This document shows, in pieces, positions 1 to 11,479 of a stretch of DNA of 57,605 bases. Origin of the DNA: Fluviicola sp. (GTDB lineage: Bacteria > Bacteroidota > Bacteroidia > Flavobacteriales_D > Crocinitomicaceae). Every line of letters starts with the position of its first letter. The stretch's first letter is position 1. The translations under genes and the position numbers were made by a program. The stretch lies in assembly GCA_044377135.1 (NCBI GenBank), contig JBILJP010000001.1, positions 1 through 57,605 on the forward strand, given 5' to 3'. The notes beneath the pieces were generated by a model. The model was given only the letters and a program-made list of their open reading frames with translations. It had not been told where the DNA came from and did no database searches.

Positions 1-60
1 TGATTTATGATGATTGTGGTTATTGCTTTATACAATCCGCAGTGTTTCGCCAAAGCGAAT

Positions 61-486
61 CTACTGCCGCGGAAGTTGTTTTGCCTCTTTCTCGGCCTGC
101 TCAACTGCCAGCGTATCGCGGGTGTTTTTCTGAATGGCGATGACTCCAAAGAGTGCGAGGATAAAAGAGAAAGCGTAGAATCCTTTTTCGCTACCCCACA
201 TTTTGGCGTTCCACAATCCTACAACGAGTAAAGCGATGGAAAGGATAGTACAGAACCAGCTTATTCCGTAATAAAGGTCTGTCACCTGAACACCTTCTAG
301 GCGATCACGAACGCTTTTTTGAACGGAGATGACAGAGAAGAGTCCGAACATGATAACAGTGAAGTAGTATCCTTTTTCACTCAGGTACAATTCGCTGCGG
401 AAAAGTCCCGCGAAGTATCCGATAATTCCTGTTCCGAAAGCAGCCCAACTAGCGGCTACAAATGCAAATGAAGGTTTTTGTGTCAT
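61..486 (-). CDS. yiaA: YiaA/YiaB-family inner membrane protein
   Basis: Two repeats of the SEKG(Y/F)Y...QK(S/N)xRD motif with four hydrophobic helices; begins MTQKPSFAFVAASW. Confidence 0.85.
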   Translation of the reverse strand: MTQKPSFAFVAASWAAFGTGIIGYFAGLFRSELYLSEKGYYFTVIMFGLFSVISVQKSVRDRLEGVQVTDLYYGISWFCTILSIALLVVGLWNAKMWGSEKGFYAFSFILALFGVIAIQKNTRDTLAVEQAEKEAKQLPRQ

Positions 487-587
487 GGCTTTTTGTTTTA
501 ATTTGTTTCGACAAACCTACGGCTTACTAATAGTTTAGTAAAACGGTTTAGCAATACTTGTTTGAACCCTGTTGCGAAAAACCGTAC

Positions 588-617
588 ACAAAAAAACCGC
601 CGGGGTTACCGACGGTC
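588..617 (-). terminator. Probable intrinsic terminator of the FG-GAP gene
   Basis: accgccgg/ccgacggt stem preceded by an A7 run on + (U-tail on -). Confidence 0.55.
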
Positions 618-646
618 TTCAACTCAATAGTAGTAGTTATTATTCG

Positions 647-3600
647 TTATTTCGTAATGGTAATCTTTTGTGTTGATCGCATTCCGTTGCTGTCTGTAGC
701 AATAGCAAAGTAAACACCACTTTCAACTCCTTTAAGTTCCAATACTGTTTTCCCGGCTTGCAATGCTTCGGTATGAATCAGTTGACCGGCTGCATTTGTA
801 ATGACAATTGAAAGCGGGTTAGCCGTTTCAATATGAATGATGCCTGTTGAAGGATTCGGATAAATGCTGAATACATTAGCCTGGAATTCGTTCACTGCAA
901 GATCAGCTATTGAAAAACAATCGGAATAAACGTTGCAAGAACCATTGCTGATTGCCACACCGTAATTTCCATTAGTCGCAGGAGCATAGGTTTGATTGGT
1001 AGCACCCGGAATATCATTTTCAGAATCACAATCAAACCACTGATATGTTGCGTTTGCTTCAGTAGCTGTCAAGGTAACACCATCGAACGTCACTACGTTG
1101 CTCATTTCCGTGAAAACAATCTCTTGTGTTTGGGTAGAGCTGTTTCCGTGAGAATCTGTAAAGGTCCAGGTAATGGTAGTTGACCCCGGATTCGTTACAG
1201 GTAAATCTGGAGTGGTACCTGTGATCGTTCCTTCACAATTATCCATTGCTGTTGGTGTAACATCCACAGAATAAACCGGACAACCACTGGTAATTGTTGG
1301 TAAACTACCTGCAGGAGTAGGTGCGGAAACATCCTGGATAATGACCAATTGCGTTTGCGTAAACTCAAATCCATTCGCACTGGTATATGTCCACAACACT
1401 TCTGTGGTATCTTGTGAAGTGATCGGGAATACTTGATTCGTTGTACCTGTTGTCAGTCCGGAGCAGTTCATTGTTGCTGTTGGAGCTGTAAGACTCGCTA
1501 ATTCACATTCAGCAGTAGCGTTTGGAAGCGTTGCCAATGTAGGAACGCCTAATGCGTCTCCGATTGTCAAGTGAAGCACCGCTACAGAATCGCAACCTGC
1601 ACTGTTTGGCATAGCATAATGCATAGTAGCTGTTGTAGTGCTTTGTGAATAGACGTTTCCATCGATCCAGGTATACGGACCACAAGCAAACTCTTCAAAA
1701 ATAACATTGGATTGCTGACAGTTGTTGTTTCTGTAAACATTCGATTGAAGACCTGTTACACCATCATTTCCGCAGATAATTACATCTTGATCGATATCTC
1801 CATCGACATCCCCAAAAGCTGCCATACCATAAGAAGCTGCAACAAATGGTGTTCCGGCAATCAACGTGAACGTTCCTGATCCGTCATTGGCATACATCTT
1901 GGCAATTGCCCCGCTTGTATTGCTGTATCCGAGGGCCAATAAATCCTGATCTAAATCGTTATCGATATCTGCAAACACCATTCCACTTGCAATGGTAGGT
2001 TCGAAAGGCGTTCCTGCAACTAGCGTGAAACTTCCCGTTCCGTCATTTTCATACAATTGTGCCGTATAAGTCGATGAAGCAACTTCACCCGCAATGACTA
2101 AATCCATATCCTGATCACTGTCAACATCGGCAAAGGCAATGGCACCTTGTTGAACTCCGGGAAAAGGTGAAGCAACTAACGTAAATGCACCTGCGCCGTT
2201 ATTGGTATACAAATGCGCAACCCGACCAGCATCGCCATAACCCGTATACAACAAGTCATCGTCATGATCACCGTCTACATCTGCGAAAGCAATATTTCCG
2301 TTGTTTGCACCTTCAAATGTATTAGAAGATGAAAGGGTAAATGATCCTGATCCGTCGTTTAACCAAAGTTGACCTACATTTCCAACGAAAATGGTAAATC
2401 CGGAAATAAAGACATCCTGGTCGCCATCTTGATCAACATCGTTAAATTGTATTGCTCCGGAAGAAACCGCCGGGAATGATGTGCCGGGAACTTCCGTAAA
2501 CAATCCGGTTCCGTCGTTGGTAAACAAACTGACAATTTGCCCACTGCCGTAACCAGACATCATTAAATCATCATCTCCGTCATTATCAATATCAGCAAAA
2601 TCGGCAGCGGCATTGGCAAGTCCCTGGAAAGTATTCGACGGATCAAGTGTATAACCGCCATTACCATCGTTGAGATAAAGATTCGAATTGAATCCGGCGG
2701 AACCCTGACCGTTCATGAACACATCCAAATCGCCGTCGTTGTCTACATCCGAAAATTCTACGGCACCATAACTAAGTCCAATAAATGGTGACGTGCTGAC
2801 TGCAGTAAAAACACCGTTTCCATCATTTTGATACAATTTAGCCGATGAAGAACCGGTAACCACCAAGTCATCATCTGCATCGCCATCTATGTCATCAAAC
2901 GAAACACAGCCATTATAAACTCCTGTGAATGGCGTTCCTGCAACTTGTGCGAACACCCCATTTCCATCATTGGAATACAAAATGGTATTACTACCTAAGC
3001 CAGGTACACTACCCGTAATCACAAGGTCTTCGTCACCGTCGGTATCTACATCGTTGAAACAAAGCCACGCGCTACCGAAATCAGAAAAAACACTCGTATT
3101 ACCAAGTGTAAAAACCCCTGTACCGTCATTGAAATACAATTTTGTTGTTCCACCGGTCATCGGATCGTTACCCGCAATTACGATATCCATATCGGTATCA
3201 TCATCTATGTCGGAAAAAGCAATGTCTGAACCGTTTAATGGAGGAAAACTGCTTGCTGTAACAGTGAATACTCCATTACCGTCATTCAAGTACATTCCTG
3301 AAAAAGTACCTGAATCAGCATAACCCATTAGTACCAAATCAGGATCGCCGTCACCATCAACATCGCCAAATTCTGACGTACCGAGGTAAATTCCGGTAAA
3401 CGTAGTACTTGCAACCGCATCGAGGGTAAAATTTCCTGATCCGTCATTGATGTATAAGTTTGCTTTTACACCGCTATTTGCTTGTCCGCAGATCAGTACA
3501 TCCGTATCAAGGTCACCGTCTACATCAGCAACAGACAATGAGCTGTAACCCACACCCGCAAAAGGAGTGCTTGCAAGCGTGAAGACTCCTGAACCGTCGT

Positions 3601-4003
3601 TGATGTACAATCCTGCGGTATATGAAGAAGCATCCTGACCGGCAATGATCACATCCTGATCGCCATCGTCTTCAACATCTAAAAAAACAATAGATCCGTC
3701 AAAAACGCCAACAAACGGAGTAGTAGGATCTAATTCGTATGCTCCCGAACCGTTATTCAAATACAGGTTGCATTTCATAGCACCTTGCGGATTTTGACCA
3801 GCGATAAGAACATCTGCGTCTCCGTCATTATCAACATCTGCGGTTGCATGAGCGGTTGCATTCAGACCCTCCAACTCATCAATGGTTTGTAACGCCGGAG
3901 GTGGAGGTCCGATCTTTTGAAAATTATTTTGAGCCCCTAGTTGATGGCTCAGCGCAAGTGCGAATAAAAAGGCAATTTTTTTCATGAAACTTTTGTAAAT
4001 CAT
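647..4003 (-). CDS. FG-GAP/VCBS repeat protein with T9SS C-terminal sorting domain
   Basis: Many DVDxDGDxD and LYxNDGxGxF repeats, signal peptide, C-terminal IYPNPS...QKITITK; real start probably MKKIAF. Confidence 0.9.
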   Translation of the reverse strand: MIYKSFMKKIAFLFALALSHQLGAQNNFQKIGPPPPALQTIDELEGLNATAHATADVDNDGDADVLIAGQNPQGAMKCNLYLNNGSGAYELDPTTPFVGVFDGSIVFLDVEDDGDQDVIIAGQDASSYTAGLYINDGSGVFTLASTPFAGVGYSSLSVADVDGDLDTDVLICGQANSGVKANLYINDGSGNFTLDAVASTTFTGIYLGTSEFGDVDGDGDPDLVLMGYADSGTFSGMYLNDGNGVFTVTASSFPPLNGSDIAFSDIDDDTDMDIVIAGNDPMTGGTTKLYFNDGTGVFTLGNTSVFSDFGSAWLCFNDVDTDGDEDLVITGSVPGLGSNTILYSNDGNGVFAQVAGTPFTGVYNGCVSFDDIDGDADDDLVVTGSSSAKLYQNDGNGVFTAVSTSPFIGLSYGAVEFSDVDNDGDLDVFMNGQGSAGFNSNLYLNDGNGGYTLDPSNTFQGLANAAADFADIDNDGDDDLMMSGYGSGQIVSLFTNDGTGLFTEVPGTSFPAVSSGAIQFNDVDQDGDQDVFISGFTIFVGNVGQLWLNDGSGSFTLSSSNTFEGANNGNIAFADVDGDHDDDLLYTGYGDAGRVAHLYTNNGAGAFTLVASPFPGVQQGAIAFADVDSDQDMDLVIAGEVASSTYTAQLYENDGTGSFTLVAGTPFEPTIASGMVFADIDNDLDQDLLALGYSNTSGAIAKMYANDGSGTFTLIAGTPFVAASYGMAAFGDVDGDIDQDVIICGNDGVTGLQSNVYRNNNCQQSNVIFEEFACGPYTWIDGNVYSQSTTTATMHYAMPNSAGCDSVAVLHLTIGDALGVPTLATLPNATAECELASLTAPTATMNCSGLTTGTTNQVFPITSQDTTEVLWTYTSANGFEFTQTQLVIIQDVSAPTPAGSLPTITSGCPVYSVDVTPTAMDNCEGTITGTTPDLPVTNPGSTTITWTFTDSHGNSSTQTQEIVFTEMSNVVTFDGVTLTATEANATYQWFDCDSENDIPGATNQTYAPATNGNYGVAISNGSCNVYSDCFSIADLAVNEFQANVFSIYPNPSTGIIHIETANPLSIVITNAAGQLIHTEALQAGKTVLELKGVESGVYFAIATDSNGMRSTQKITITK

Positions 4004-4132
4004 ATTGAGTCACGAAAGTATTGAAAGGATGATCCACGAAAAAAAATATGGTATGAACGACAAAGTGCTGTACACGAACTTCCAATTTCGCATCGAAATA
4101 GAGAGGTACAATCATACAGAAAGGAATGTGGA

Positions 4133-6250
4133 CTAAGCTTTACTGGTGAAACTGATGACTACCGCCATTTGACCTTCGCTTTGAATGGAAAGTGTTCCTG
4201 CGATTTGTTTGGTCATTAATTGAACCAAGGTGAGTCCGAGGCTTGATTGATCTTGCGGACCGTCTTTTGGTTGGAAACCAATACCGTTGTCTTTTACACT
4301 AAAGGTCCAGCGATCGGAACCCGGTTCGGATGTTAGAGAAACGGTTATCTCACCCTCATTCTTCGGGAAAGCATATTTCAATGAATTGGTAATTAGTTCA
4401 TTGAGGATAATGGCCAATGGCATGGCTAATTTTGTGTGAAACAAAACGAATGGAACGGAAACATGCAATTTTATGTTTGGCTTTGATTCCAACAGCGTGG
4501 TGTAAAAATCAAGGACGCCGTTGAAATAATCGTGCATATTGACCTCCAGTTTCGAATCGCTTAGATGCAGTAATTGATGCATGACCGACATGGATTGAAT
4601 GCGGTTTTCGCTTTTATACAAGTAACCGCGAATCTCTTCATTCTCGGTTGAATCTGCCTGAATAGACAACAACGAAGAAATCATCTGTAAGCTATTATTC
4701 ACCCGATGATGCACTTCCTGCAGCAGCATTTCTTTGTGTTGATTTTCATTGGCAAGGAAAGCCCCTAGTTTTTTACGGTTGTTGATGGATCGTCGGGCAA
4801 AGTACCAAACCACAATCGCAGATACCAGAAGTACAACGAGAATAATGACAAGGTATCGTTGCTGCTGACTACTTAATTTATTTCGTTGATTGAGCCGGAA
4901 AATGGCTTTGTCGTGTTTGGTTTTTTCTAAATCGGCTTTCTTATCAAACGAATATTGGAGCACCGTTTGGTAGCTTTTTTCTTCGGCTTCCTGATTAACA
5001 ATACTGTCTCTGTAAGAAAGCCAAAGCTTCTGGTGTTTGAAAGCAGCTTGATAATCGTTGGAAGCACTATCCAATTGGATCAACACCCAATAGGTATCTT
5101 TTATGTTTTGTTTCTCGCGAATGGCCAGACTTTGACGAAGTGATAAATCAATCAACTCCCTTGCTTTTTTCAAATCACCCAGTTTGATGTAAACCCTTGA
5201 CATGGTTAAATAAGCATTCGTGACTTCGCTAACGGCATTCACTGACACGCTGTTTTTCAGCGCTATTTTACAACTGGCAATCGCTTCCTGATAGTTCCCG
5301 ATATTGAAATACAATTTTGCCTGATCGTTGTAAACAATTGCCAACCCTTGTCTGTCATCTATGGAAGCATAAACACGAAGCGCTTTATCATACATCTTAA
5401 TGGCTTCCTGATACCGATTCTGATCCTTGTAAACAATGCCCAGATTTACATACGCATTACCTATTCCGTCTTTGTCTTGTATTCGCAAGGCTAACTTCAA
5501 CGATCTTTTGTACATCGTGATTGCTTGCTCATTCTTACCTTGATCGGCATAAACGTTTCCTATCGAATTGTATTCATCAGCTTTTCCGTTAACATCGTGG
5601 AGTTTTTCGTAGTTCCGTAGCGACTCAAAATGCATTTTCAGCGATTCAGGAAGATTTCCGAGTGAATAATACGTAACGCCCAAATTTTGATATACATCGG
5701 CCAGCAAATCGGTGTTTTTGGTGCGTTTACCATATTTCAACGCATAAAAATAGTATCGCAGTGAATTCTTATAATCGCCTTTGGAATCATAGATTGTTCC
5801 GATGTTGACAAAGGCATTGATTACGGAAAGCTCTTGTCTGTATTTTCGACTGTAGTCCAATGAGCGAAAGTACATTTTCAATGATTCGTCATACCTTCCG
5901 TCGTAACTATAAGTAAACCCGAGATTTGAGTAAGAGATGATAATTCCGACTTTATCCTTGATTTTTATTGCCAATGCCAATGCTTTCCACCCGTATTTAA
6001 GCGAATTGTAAACATCACCTTCGTCAACAAAATCTACATTCAATTTATTCAGCAAATTCACCTGGTTGCTATCTGGCTTTGCCGTTTTCAATTGATCGAT
6101 CAGCTTCTGTTGCCGGGCATTTTGACCAAAGCAAGCACATGAGACAACTACGATCAACGAAGTAAGAAGAAAAGAAGAAATGGATCGTTTGCTCATGCTG
6201 TTTTCACTCTGGTAGCGTCTGTTATTTTCAAATAAGAGTGCAAGCAACAA
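4133..6250 (-). CDS. TPR-sensor histidine kinase (HisKA_2 type)
   Basis: TPR repeats, one TM helix, EVHHRVNNSLQ H-box, NELITNSLKYAF, DNGIG. Confidence 0.9.
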   Translation of the reverse strand: MLLALLFENNRRYQSENSMSKRSISSFLLTSLIVVVSCACFGQNARQQKLIDQLKTAKPDSNQVNLLNKLNVDFVDEGDVYNSLKYGWKALALAIKIKDKVGIIISYSNLGFTYSYDGRYDESLKMYFRSLDYSRKYRQELSVINAFVNIGTIYDSKGDYKNSLRYYFYALKYGKRTKNTDLLADVYQNLGVTYYSLGNLPESLKMHFESLRNYEKLHDVNGKADEYNSIGNVYADQGKNEQAITMYKRSLKLALRIQDKDGIGNAYVNLGIVYKDQNRYQEAIKMYDKALRVYASIDDRQGLAIVYNDQAKLYFNIGNYQEAIASCKIALKNSVSVNAVSEVTNAYLTMSRVYIKLGDLKKARELIDLSLRQSLAIREKQNIKDTYWVLIQLDSASNDYQAAFKHQKLWLSYRDSIVNQEAEEKSYQTVLQYSFDKKADLEKTKHDKAIFRLNQRNKLSSQQQRYLVIILVVLLVSAIVVWYFARRSINNRKKLGAFLANENQHKEMLLQEVHHRVNNSLQMISSLLSIQADSTENEEIRGYLYKSENRIQSMSVMHQLLHLSDSKLEVNMHDYFNGVLDFYTTLLESKPNIKLHVSVPFVLFHTKLAMPLAIILNELITNSLKYAFPKNEGEITVSLTSEPGSDRWTFSVKDNGIGFQPKDGPQDQSSLGLTLVQLMTKQIAGTLSIQSEGQMAVVISFTSKA

Positions 6251-6330
6251 CTTTTAGTTCAATTGTACAAAAGAATGGTACGAACTGCATGGTTTTGTAT
6301 ACACTCTGCTAAAATTTCTCTGTTACCGTT

Positions 6331-7032
6331 CTATTTGATCAGTCCCATCAGGTTTTCGCGGTAGGTTCTCCCAACGGGTAATTTGACATTTTTGATCACC
6401 ACGTATGCCGAAGCAAATTCCGTTATTTTCGTTCGATTGACCACAAACGACCGGTGAATGCGAATGAAATCGTTTTCGGGTAATTGTTGGTGCAAGTCAG
6501 TGATCATGAAGCGTAGCAATCGTTTTTTCTGTGTTTCGGTATTTAAAAGCGTGTAATTTCCTTCGGCCTCAAGCCACAAAATTTCATCGTAAGGAATTTG
6601 AGCCGTTGCGCGACCGTCTTTCACCATTAAATTCTGAGAACCGTCTCTGGCCTCGGTACTCGAGTTGAACAGCGCCAATTCGATGGCCACCAGCAAATCT
6701 TCGCGTTTAAAGGGTTTTACCAAATACGCATTCGGATGGGTAAATTTCACCTTTGAGATCATGTCACTGCCCGTGTGAGAAGTAATATAGATAAACGGAA
6801 TCCGGTATTTTTGGTGCAATAAATTTCCCAAATCTATTCCCGTTTGATTGCCCAACAGCATGATATCAGTCAATACCAACTGCGGTTTATCCCGTTCAAT
6901 GATCGAAATGGCATCTTCCACATTGGTAACGCAACAAGTTGACGTATAACCGGTGCTTGTCAAAACCCTGGAAATATGTTCTGCAATAAGCAGTTCATCT
7001 TCAACAATTAAGATCAGTTCATTCGGTTGCAT
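6331..7032 (-). CDS. LytTR-family response regulator
   Basis: Receiver (VEDE, LTD, KP) plus FIRIHRSFVVN LytTR motif. Confidence 0.92.
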   Translation of the reverse strand: MQPNELILIVEDELLIAEHISRVLTSTGYTSTCCVTNVEDAISIIERDKPQLVLTDIMLLGNQTGIDLGNLLHQKYRIPFIYITSHTGSDMISKVKFTHPNAYLVKPFKREDLLVAIELALFNSSTEARDGSQNLMVKDGRATAQIPYDEILWLEAEGNYTLLNTETQKKRLLRFMITDLHQQLPENDFIRIHRSFVVNRTKITEFASAYVVIKNVKLPVGRTYRENLMGLIK

Positions 7033-7255
7033 GTGCGCACTTATTAAGAAAGTAAAAGACGTTCATAAACCCAGTATTTGCTCGCATTCTGACCTTTTCT
7101 CAAGCACAGCGAAGGTATAAAATTTCACGAGGAACGCGACATGGTTTTCCGACTATTTCATGGAGAATTGCGAAAAAAAACGATGGTTCAATCAACCGAG
7201 AATCAGCAACAAAAGGCACTTGGCAATCTTTTTTGTGTCTTTTATTTGGCCTTGC

Positions 7256-7287
7256 TATTGTTTTAGGCTAAAAAATGCGTATCTTTG
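7256..7287 (+). promoter_or_regulatory. Bacteroidota housekeeping promoter for the tRNA
   Basis: -7 box TATCTTTG (TAnnTTTG) at 7280-7287 with TTG about 20 nt upstream. Confidence 0.65.
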
Positions 7288-7324
7288 CACCGCATTCAAA
7301 CATTTATTGTTTCAATGAATAGAG

Positions 7325-7401
<77 letters not shown>

Positions 7402-7425
7402 GCGAAAACAGTGGGTTTTCTGATT

Positions 7426-7455
7426 AAATGGCTTTCTGAAAAGGAGGCCATTTTT
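7426..7455 (+). terminator. Element-supplied terminator after the tRNA
   Basis: atggctttct-gaaa-aggaggccat followed by a T run. Confidence 0.6.
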
Positions 7456-7833
7456 GCGTTGGAGCGGTAATTTGGAGTGGTTTTTTTGGAATATTGTTTT
7501 GCAATTGTCATAAGATTGAAATGACAAGGGATCAAAAATGATGTATTTCTAATAATACACAGAATCTTAGAAAACATAAATTAGGGACGCAAGAAACGAA
7601 AAATCCGCTCTCCATAGGTTAGTGGTGTCTCATACTACTTTTTTAAAAGGAGTTGCAGAATACCCCTCTAATGAATTGGATTTAAAGTGCAAAGTCGTTT
7701 GACTTTCAGCAATTTTAGTTATATTCGGTCGCCACTTGTTACTATTCACGAGCATCAATAATGTCGCTGTTAACCAATTAAATTCACTCAGTTTTGTTGC
7801 TCTGTCTATTTTCAAGTCAACGGACAAACAACT

Positions 7834-9021
7834 ATGGATATAATCGATACTGACTTTTCAGCCAAAGAACCTTCACTTGGTTATTACTATCAAATCAAAT
7901 ATGCATTGCTACTATTGTTAACTAACTCACGCGAATTAGATAATCCCAAAGTTAGAATAGAGAACTTAGACGATATTGAGATTGAAGATGTTAATCACAT
8001 CAATTTGGTTCAAACCAAACTTCATATAAAAAGCAAGTCTAATTTAACCGATGCCAGTGTAGATTTTTGGAAAACTATAAGAGTTTGGTCTGAACATATT
8101 ACAAACGGATTAATAGATGTAGAAACGACTGTCTTCAATTTAATAACCACTGAGAGCGTACCTGAAACAAGCTGTCTGAAAGCGTTCAAAGAGAATTCAT
8201 TTTCAGACAAGGAAGTAGATGAGTTAATTAAAAGTCTAGATTTAATCGCAGTTACTTCAGAGAATCAAACAAACAAAAAAGCTTACGCAGCTTTTTTAGG
8301 ATTGGATATCAACAAAAAGAAACAGTTGATTAGAAACATAAGAATAATCGATAATTCAATCAATATCACAGAAATTGATTCTAAACTAAAAAGGCAACTT
8401 GTACTATCGTCATATCCAAATCATTTAGATGCTTTTCTAGAAATTCTAGAGGGATGGTGGTTGAAAAAATCAATTGAAAACCTTACATCTCAAATTGACT
8501 CTATCGATGCGGAAGAACTTCAAATAAAAATTGCAAATATCAGAGACTCGTTCAATTCCGATAATTTACCGAACCATTTTCCTGAGCAACTTGAAATTAG
8601 TGCTGAAGATATAGAAGCTTCTAAGGAGAAAAAGTTTCTCAAACAACTTGAAATCATTCAAATCAATATTAATTCTAACGCTGTCAAAAGAGCGATTAGC
8701 GATTTTCGAAGAGCTTTTGAGCAAAGGTCTAAATGGTCTCGACTACACTTGCTAAATATTGAAGAACAAGAAGAATATGATAAAAAACTACAGGATTACT
8801 GGAAAAATATATTTGATCTAATGTGTGATGAAGCAGATAAGGGGGAACAGGAATTAAGCAAATTAGGATATGATTTTTACATGGACCAATTTGCGAAAAC
8901 GTGTCCTCAAATAAAAATCAGGGAAAAATTCAATGAAGATTATCTTACCAGGGGAAGTTATCAAATGCTTGCGGATGCTAAAAAAGTTGGATGGCACCCT
9001 AATTTTAATGATGAAGTATGA
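7834..9021 (+). CDS. lmuA: Lamassu/ABC-three-component effector with Cap4-like nuclease N-terminus
   Basis: GYYYQ, ENLDDIE..VQTK nuclease-like motif; C-terminal RGSYQMLAD..VGWHP; operon context. Confidence 0.8.
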   Translation: MDIIDTDFSAKEPSLGYYYQIKYALLLLLTNSRELDNPKVRIENLDDIEIEDVNHINLVQTKLHIKSKSNLTDASVDFWKTIRVWSEHITNGLIDVETTVFNLITTESVPETSCLKAFKENSFSDKEVDELIKSLDLIAVTSENQTNKKAYAAFLGLDINKKKQLIRNIRIIDNSINITEIDSKLKRQLVLSSYPNHLDAFLEILEGWWLKKSIENLTSQIDSIDAEELQIKIANIRDSFNSDNLPNHFPEQLEISAEDIEASKEKKFLKQLEIIQININSNAVKRAISDFRRAFEQRSKWSRLHLLNIEEQEEYDKKLQDYWKNIFDLMCDEADKGEQELSKLGYDFYMDQFAKTCPQIKIREKFNEDYLTRGSYQMLADAKKVGWHPNFNDEV

Positions 9022-9512
9022 GTACAACTTGGACTGACCGAAATCCTATCGTAGCTAACTTATTTAACCCTGCATTCTGCGGAGAGATAATCCGCGTTGC
9101 CGCATTTAGTTATAACAAACACTCGAACAACAATTTCCCATTTGCTTTCGCTTACTTAGTCCTTCCAATAATACTACATGAAGAAACAAGGGGAAGGATG
9201 CCAAGAAGCACAAGAACTTATTTTTTTGTTTGGGTAGAGGAAAATGACAAATTATTTTTTGATTTTTCTACTAGGACTAAAAACATGGTTAATAGCACTA
9301 AGGAAGCATTATCATTCTTACTTGCTTACGGAAGAATTAATTTGACAGAAACAGGTGAAATCATAACAAATAACGAAAAGCCTAAACAATACAATTCCGA
9401 CGATTATAAAGAATACGATGAGATAATTAAAAAGGCTATTATGCTCGGAAAATGGTTGTCTACAACTAGTGACGTAAAATCAATCTATTCATTTTTTAGA
9501 ATTACCCCGTAA
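9018..9512 (+). CDS. lmuC: Lamassu middle component
   Basis: ANLFNPAFCGE, YLVLPIILH; ATGA overlap with lmuA. Confidence 0.78.
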   Translation: MSTTWTDRNPIVANLFNPAFCGEIIRVAAFSYNKHSNNNFPFAFAYLVLPIILHEETRGRMPRSTRTYFFVWVEENDKLFFDFSTRTKNMVNSTKEALSFLLAYGRINLTETGEIITNNEKPKQYNSDDYKEYDEIIKKAIMLGKWLSTTSDVKSIYSFFRITP

Positions 9513-9516
9513 GATC

Positions 9517-11448
9517 ATGCAAATAGATAAAATCATATTATACAGCCTAAAAGGTGAAAAAAGAATCCTACCTTTTAACTTAGGTAAAGTAAATATCATT
9601 ACAGGTGAATCCAAATCAGGAAAATCAGCTTTAATAGAAATAGTCAATTATTGTCTTGCATCTTCTGGTTGCGATATTCCTGAAGGGATCATCAGAGATA
9701 CTGTTTCATACTTTTCAATACTGTTATGTTTCAATGACGGGGAAAAGGTATTTATAGCTCGCGAGAACCCCAATATTAGAGGCCTCCAAGCCGCTTCAAC
9801 AGTATGTTTAATGAGAAATATTGGTGAAACAATACCTGAGTTTACTGAAATAACATCCAACATCAACATTGATACTCTAAAAGAATTCTTAACCCGAAAA
9901 ATTGGGGTTTCAGAAAATCTGCACATGCCCGATTCAATGACTAGGGAACCGCTTAAAGCAAACTTTAAGCATTCTAGATTTTATTGTTATCAGCCTCAGT
10001 ATTTAGTCGCCGACCCGTATCAACTTTTTTATAATCAAAATAAAGAATTTGTTCCTCAATCAATAAAGGACACACTTCCCTATTTTTTAGGTGCAGTCAA
10101 TGAAGATTCACTTCTGGTTGAAAGTGAAATTACTCAACTTAAAAAGCAACTTAACCGATTACTTCGAGAACAAAGAGAATCTGAAAAAATTAAATCTGAA
10201 GGAATTAGCCAAGCATCTTCTCTAATTGAAGAAGCAAAAGAGATTGGTATATTGGACAAGAATGTATCCCCCACAAATTTAAAAGACACCTATCAATATT
10301 TGGAAATGATTTCCAATTGGGAATACCAACCTCTAGAAGTCAAAGGAGAAAACTCAGGTTTAAAAGAGCTAATTGATCAGAGAAATGAACTCCGCATGGA
10401 GCTAGGTAAAATTTCAGACAATAAAAAAGCCGCTACCGATTATCTTAAGAATTCCTTCGGCTACTCTGAGGAAGCAAAGCAACAAGAAATTAGATTGGAG
10501 TCAATAAAGTTGTATGAAGACAATGACTCAGTTGATCCAAATACTTGCCCATTATGTGACAATCATTTAAACACTCCCATACCGACCATTCAAAATATAA
10601 ATAACTCGTTACAGAGCATTAAAAATGACTTGAAATTCACAAAAGCTGAAAGCCCTAGAATTCAGTCCTACATTGAATCAGTAGAGAGTGAATATCATAA
10701 TAAAGAAACGGAACTTAAGCAAGTTGAAAAAAGTATTACCGCACTTTATATTGAAAATGAGAAGGCTCGAACTCTACGAGATTTAAATATAAGAAGGGGC
10801 AAAATCATTGGTAGAGTAAGCTTATTTTTAGAAAGTATTGAAATCAATGAAGAAACAGGGGATATTGGATCAAAAATTGATTCTCTAAAAGGGCGGATTC
10901 TAGAATTAGAGAAAACTGTAGACAGCGAAAATGAAAGGGAAAAACTATTATCCATCATCAATAAAATAAATCTACAAATGAGTAAGTGGGTTCAAGGTTT
11001 GGATGTAGAGTATGAAGATGACCCAATTCGCTTCGATTTGAATAAACTGACAATGTTTATAGATACAGATTCAAAACCCATCGCCTTACCCCAAATCGGT
11101 AGTGGAGCTAATTGGGTCGCTTATCATTTGTTAATTGTTTTTGCATTACAGCAACATTTTATACAGAATAACAGACCTGTACCGAGATTCATCATTATTG
11201 ATCAACCAACTCAGGTTTATTATCCACCTGAGAAAACAGATAATGTGGTTGAAGTAAGTGCTGATGAAATAGCTGTAAACAAGATGTTCGAATTCATGTT
11301 TAATGTTGTGGAATCACTAGCACCTAACCTACAGGTTATCGTTACAGATCACGCATATTTAAAAACTGATAGATTTAAAAAATCAGTTATAGAAATTTGG
11401 CGAGATGGTCAGAAACTAATTCCTAGTGATTGGCAAAGAATGAGTTAA
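9517..11448 (+). CDS. lmuB: SMC-like ABC ATPase (DUF3732-type) of Lamassu
   Basis: Walker A GESKSGKS, coiled coil with CPLC hook, IGSGANW signature, IIIDQPTQVY Walker B. Confidence 0.88.
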   Translation: MQIDKIILYSLKGEKRILPFNLGKVNIITGESKSGKSALIEIVNYCLASSGCDIPEGIIRDTVSYFSILLCFNDGEKVFIARENPNIRGLQAASTVCLMRNIGETIPEFTEITSNINIDTLKEFLTRKIGVSENLHMPDSMTREPLKANFKHSRFYCYQPQYLVADPYQLFYNQNKEFVPQSIKDTLPYFLGAVNEDSLLVESEITQLKKQLNRLLREQRESEKIKSEGISQASSLIEEAKEIGILDKNVSPTNLKDTYQYLEMISNWEYQPLEVKGENSGLKELIDQRNELRMELGKISDNKKAATDYLKNSFGYSEEAKQQEIRLESIKLYEDNDSVDPNTCPLCDNHLNTPIPTIQNINNSLQSIKNDLKFTKAESPRIQSYIESVESEYHNKETELKQVEKSITALYIENEKARTLRDLNIRRGKIIGRVSLFLESIEINEETGDIGSKIDSLKGRILELEKTVDSENEREKLLSIINKINLQMSKWVQGLDVEYEDDPIRFDLNKLTMFIDTDSKPIALPQIGSGANWVAYHLLIVFALQQHFIQNNRPVPRFIIIDQPTQVYYPPEKTDNVVEVSADEIAVNKMFEFMFNVVESLAPNLQVIVTDHAYLKTDRFKKSVIEIWRDGQKLIPSDWQRMS

Positions 11449-11479
11449 AAGTCATTAACGTTTGTCTAAGACAATCAAT

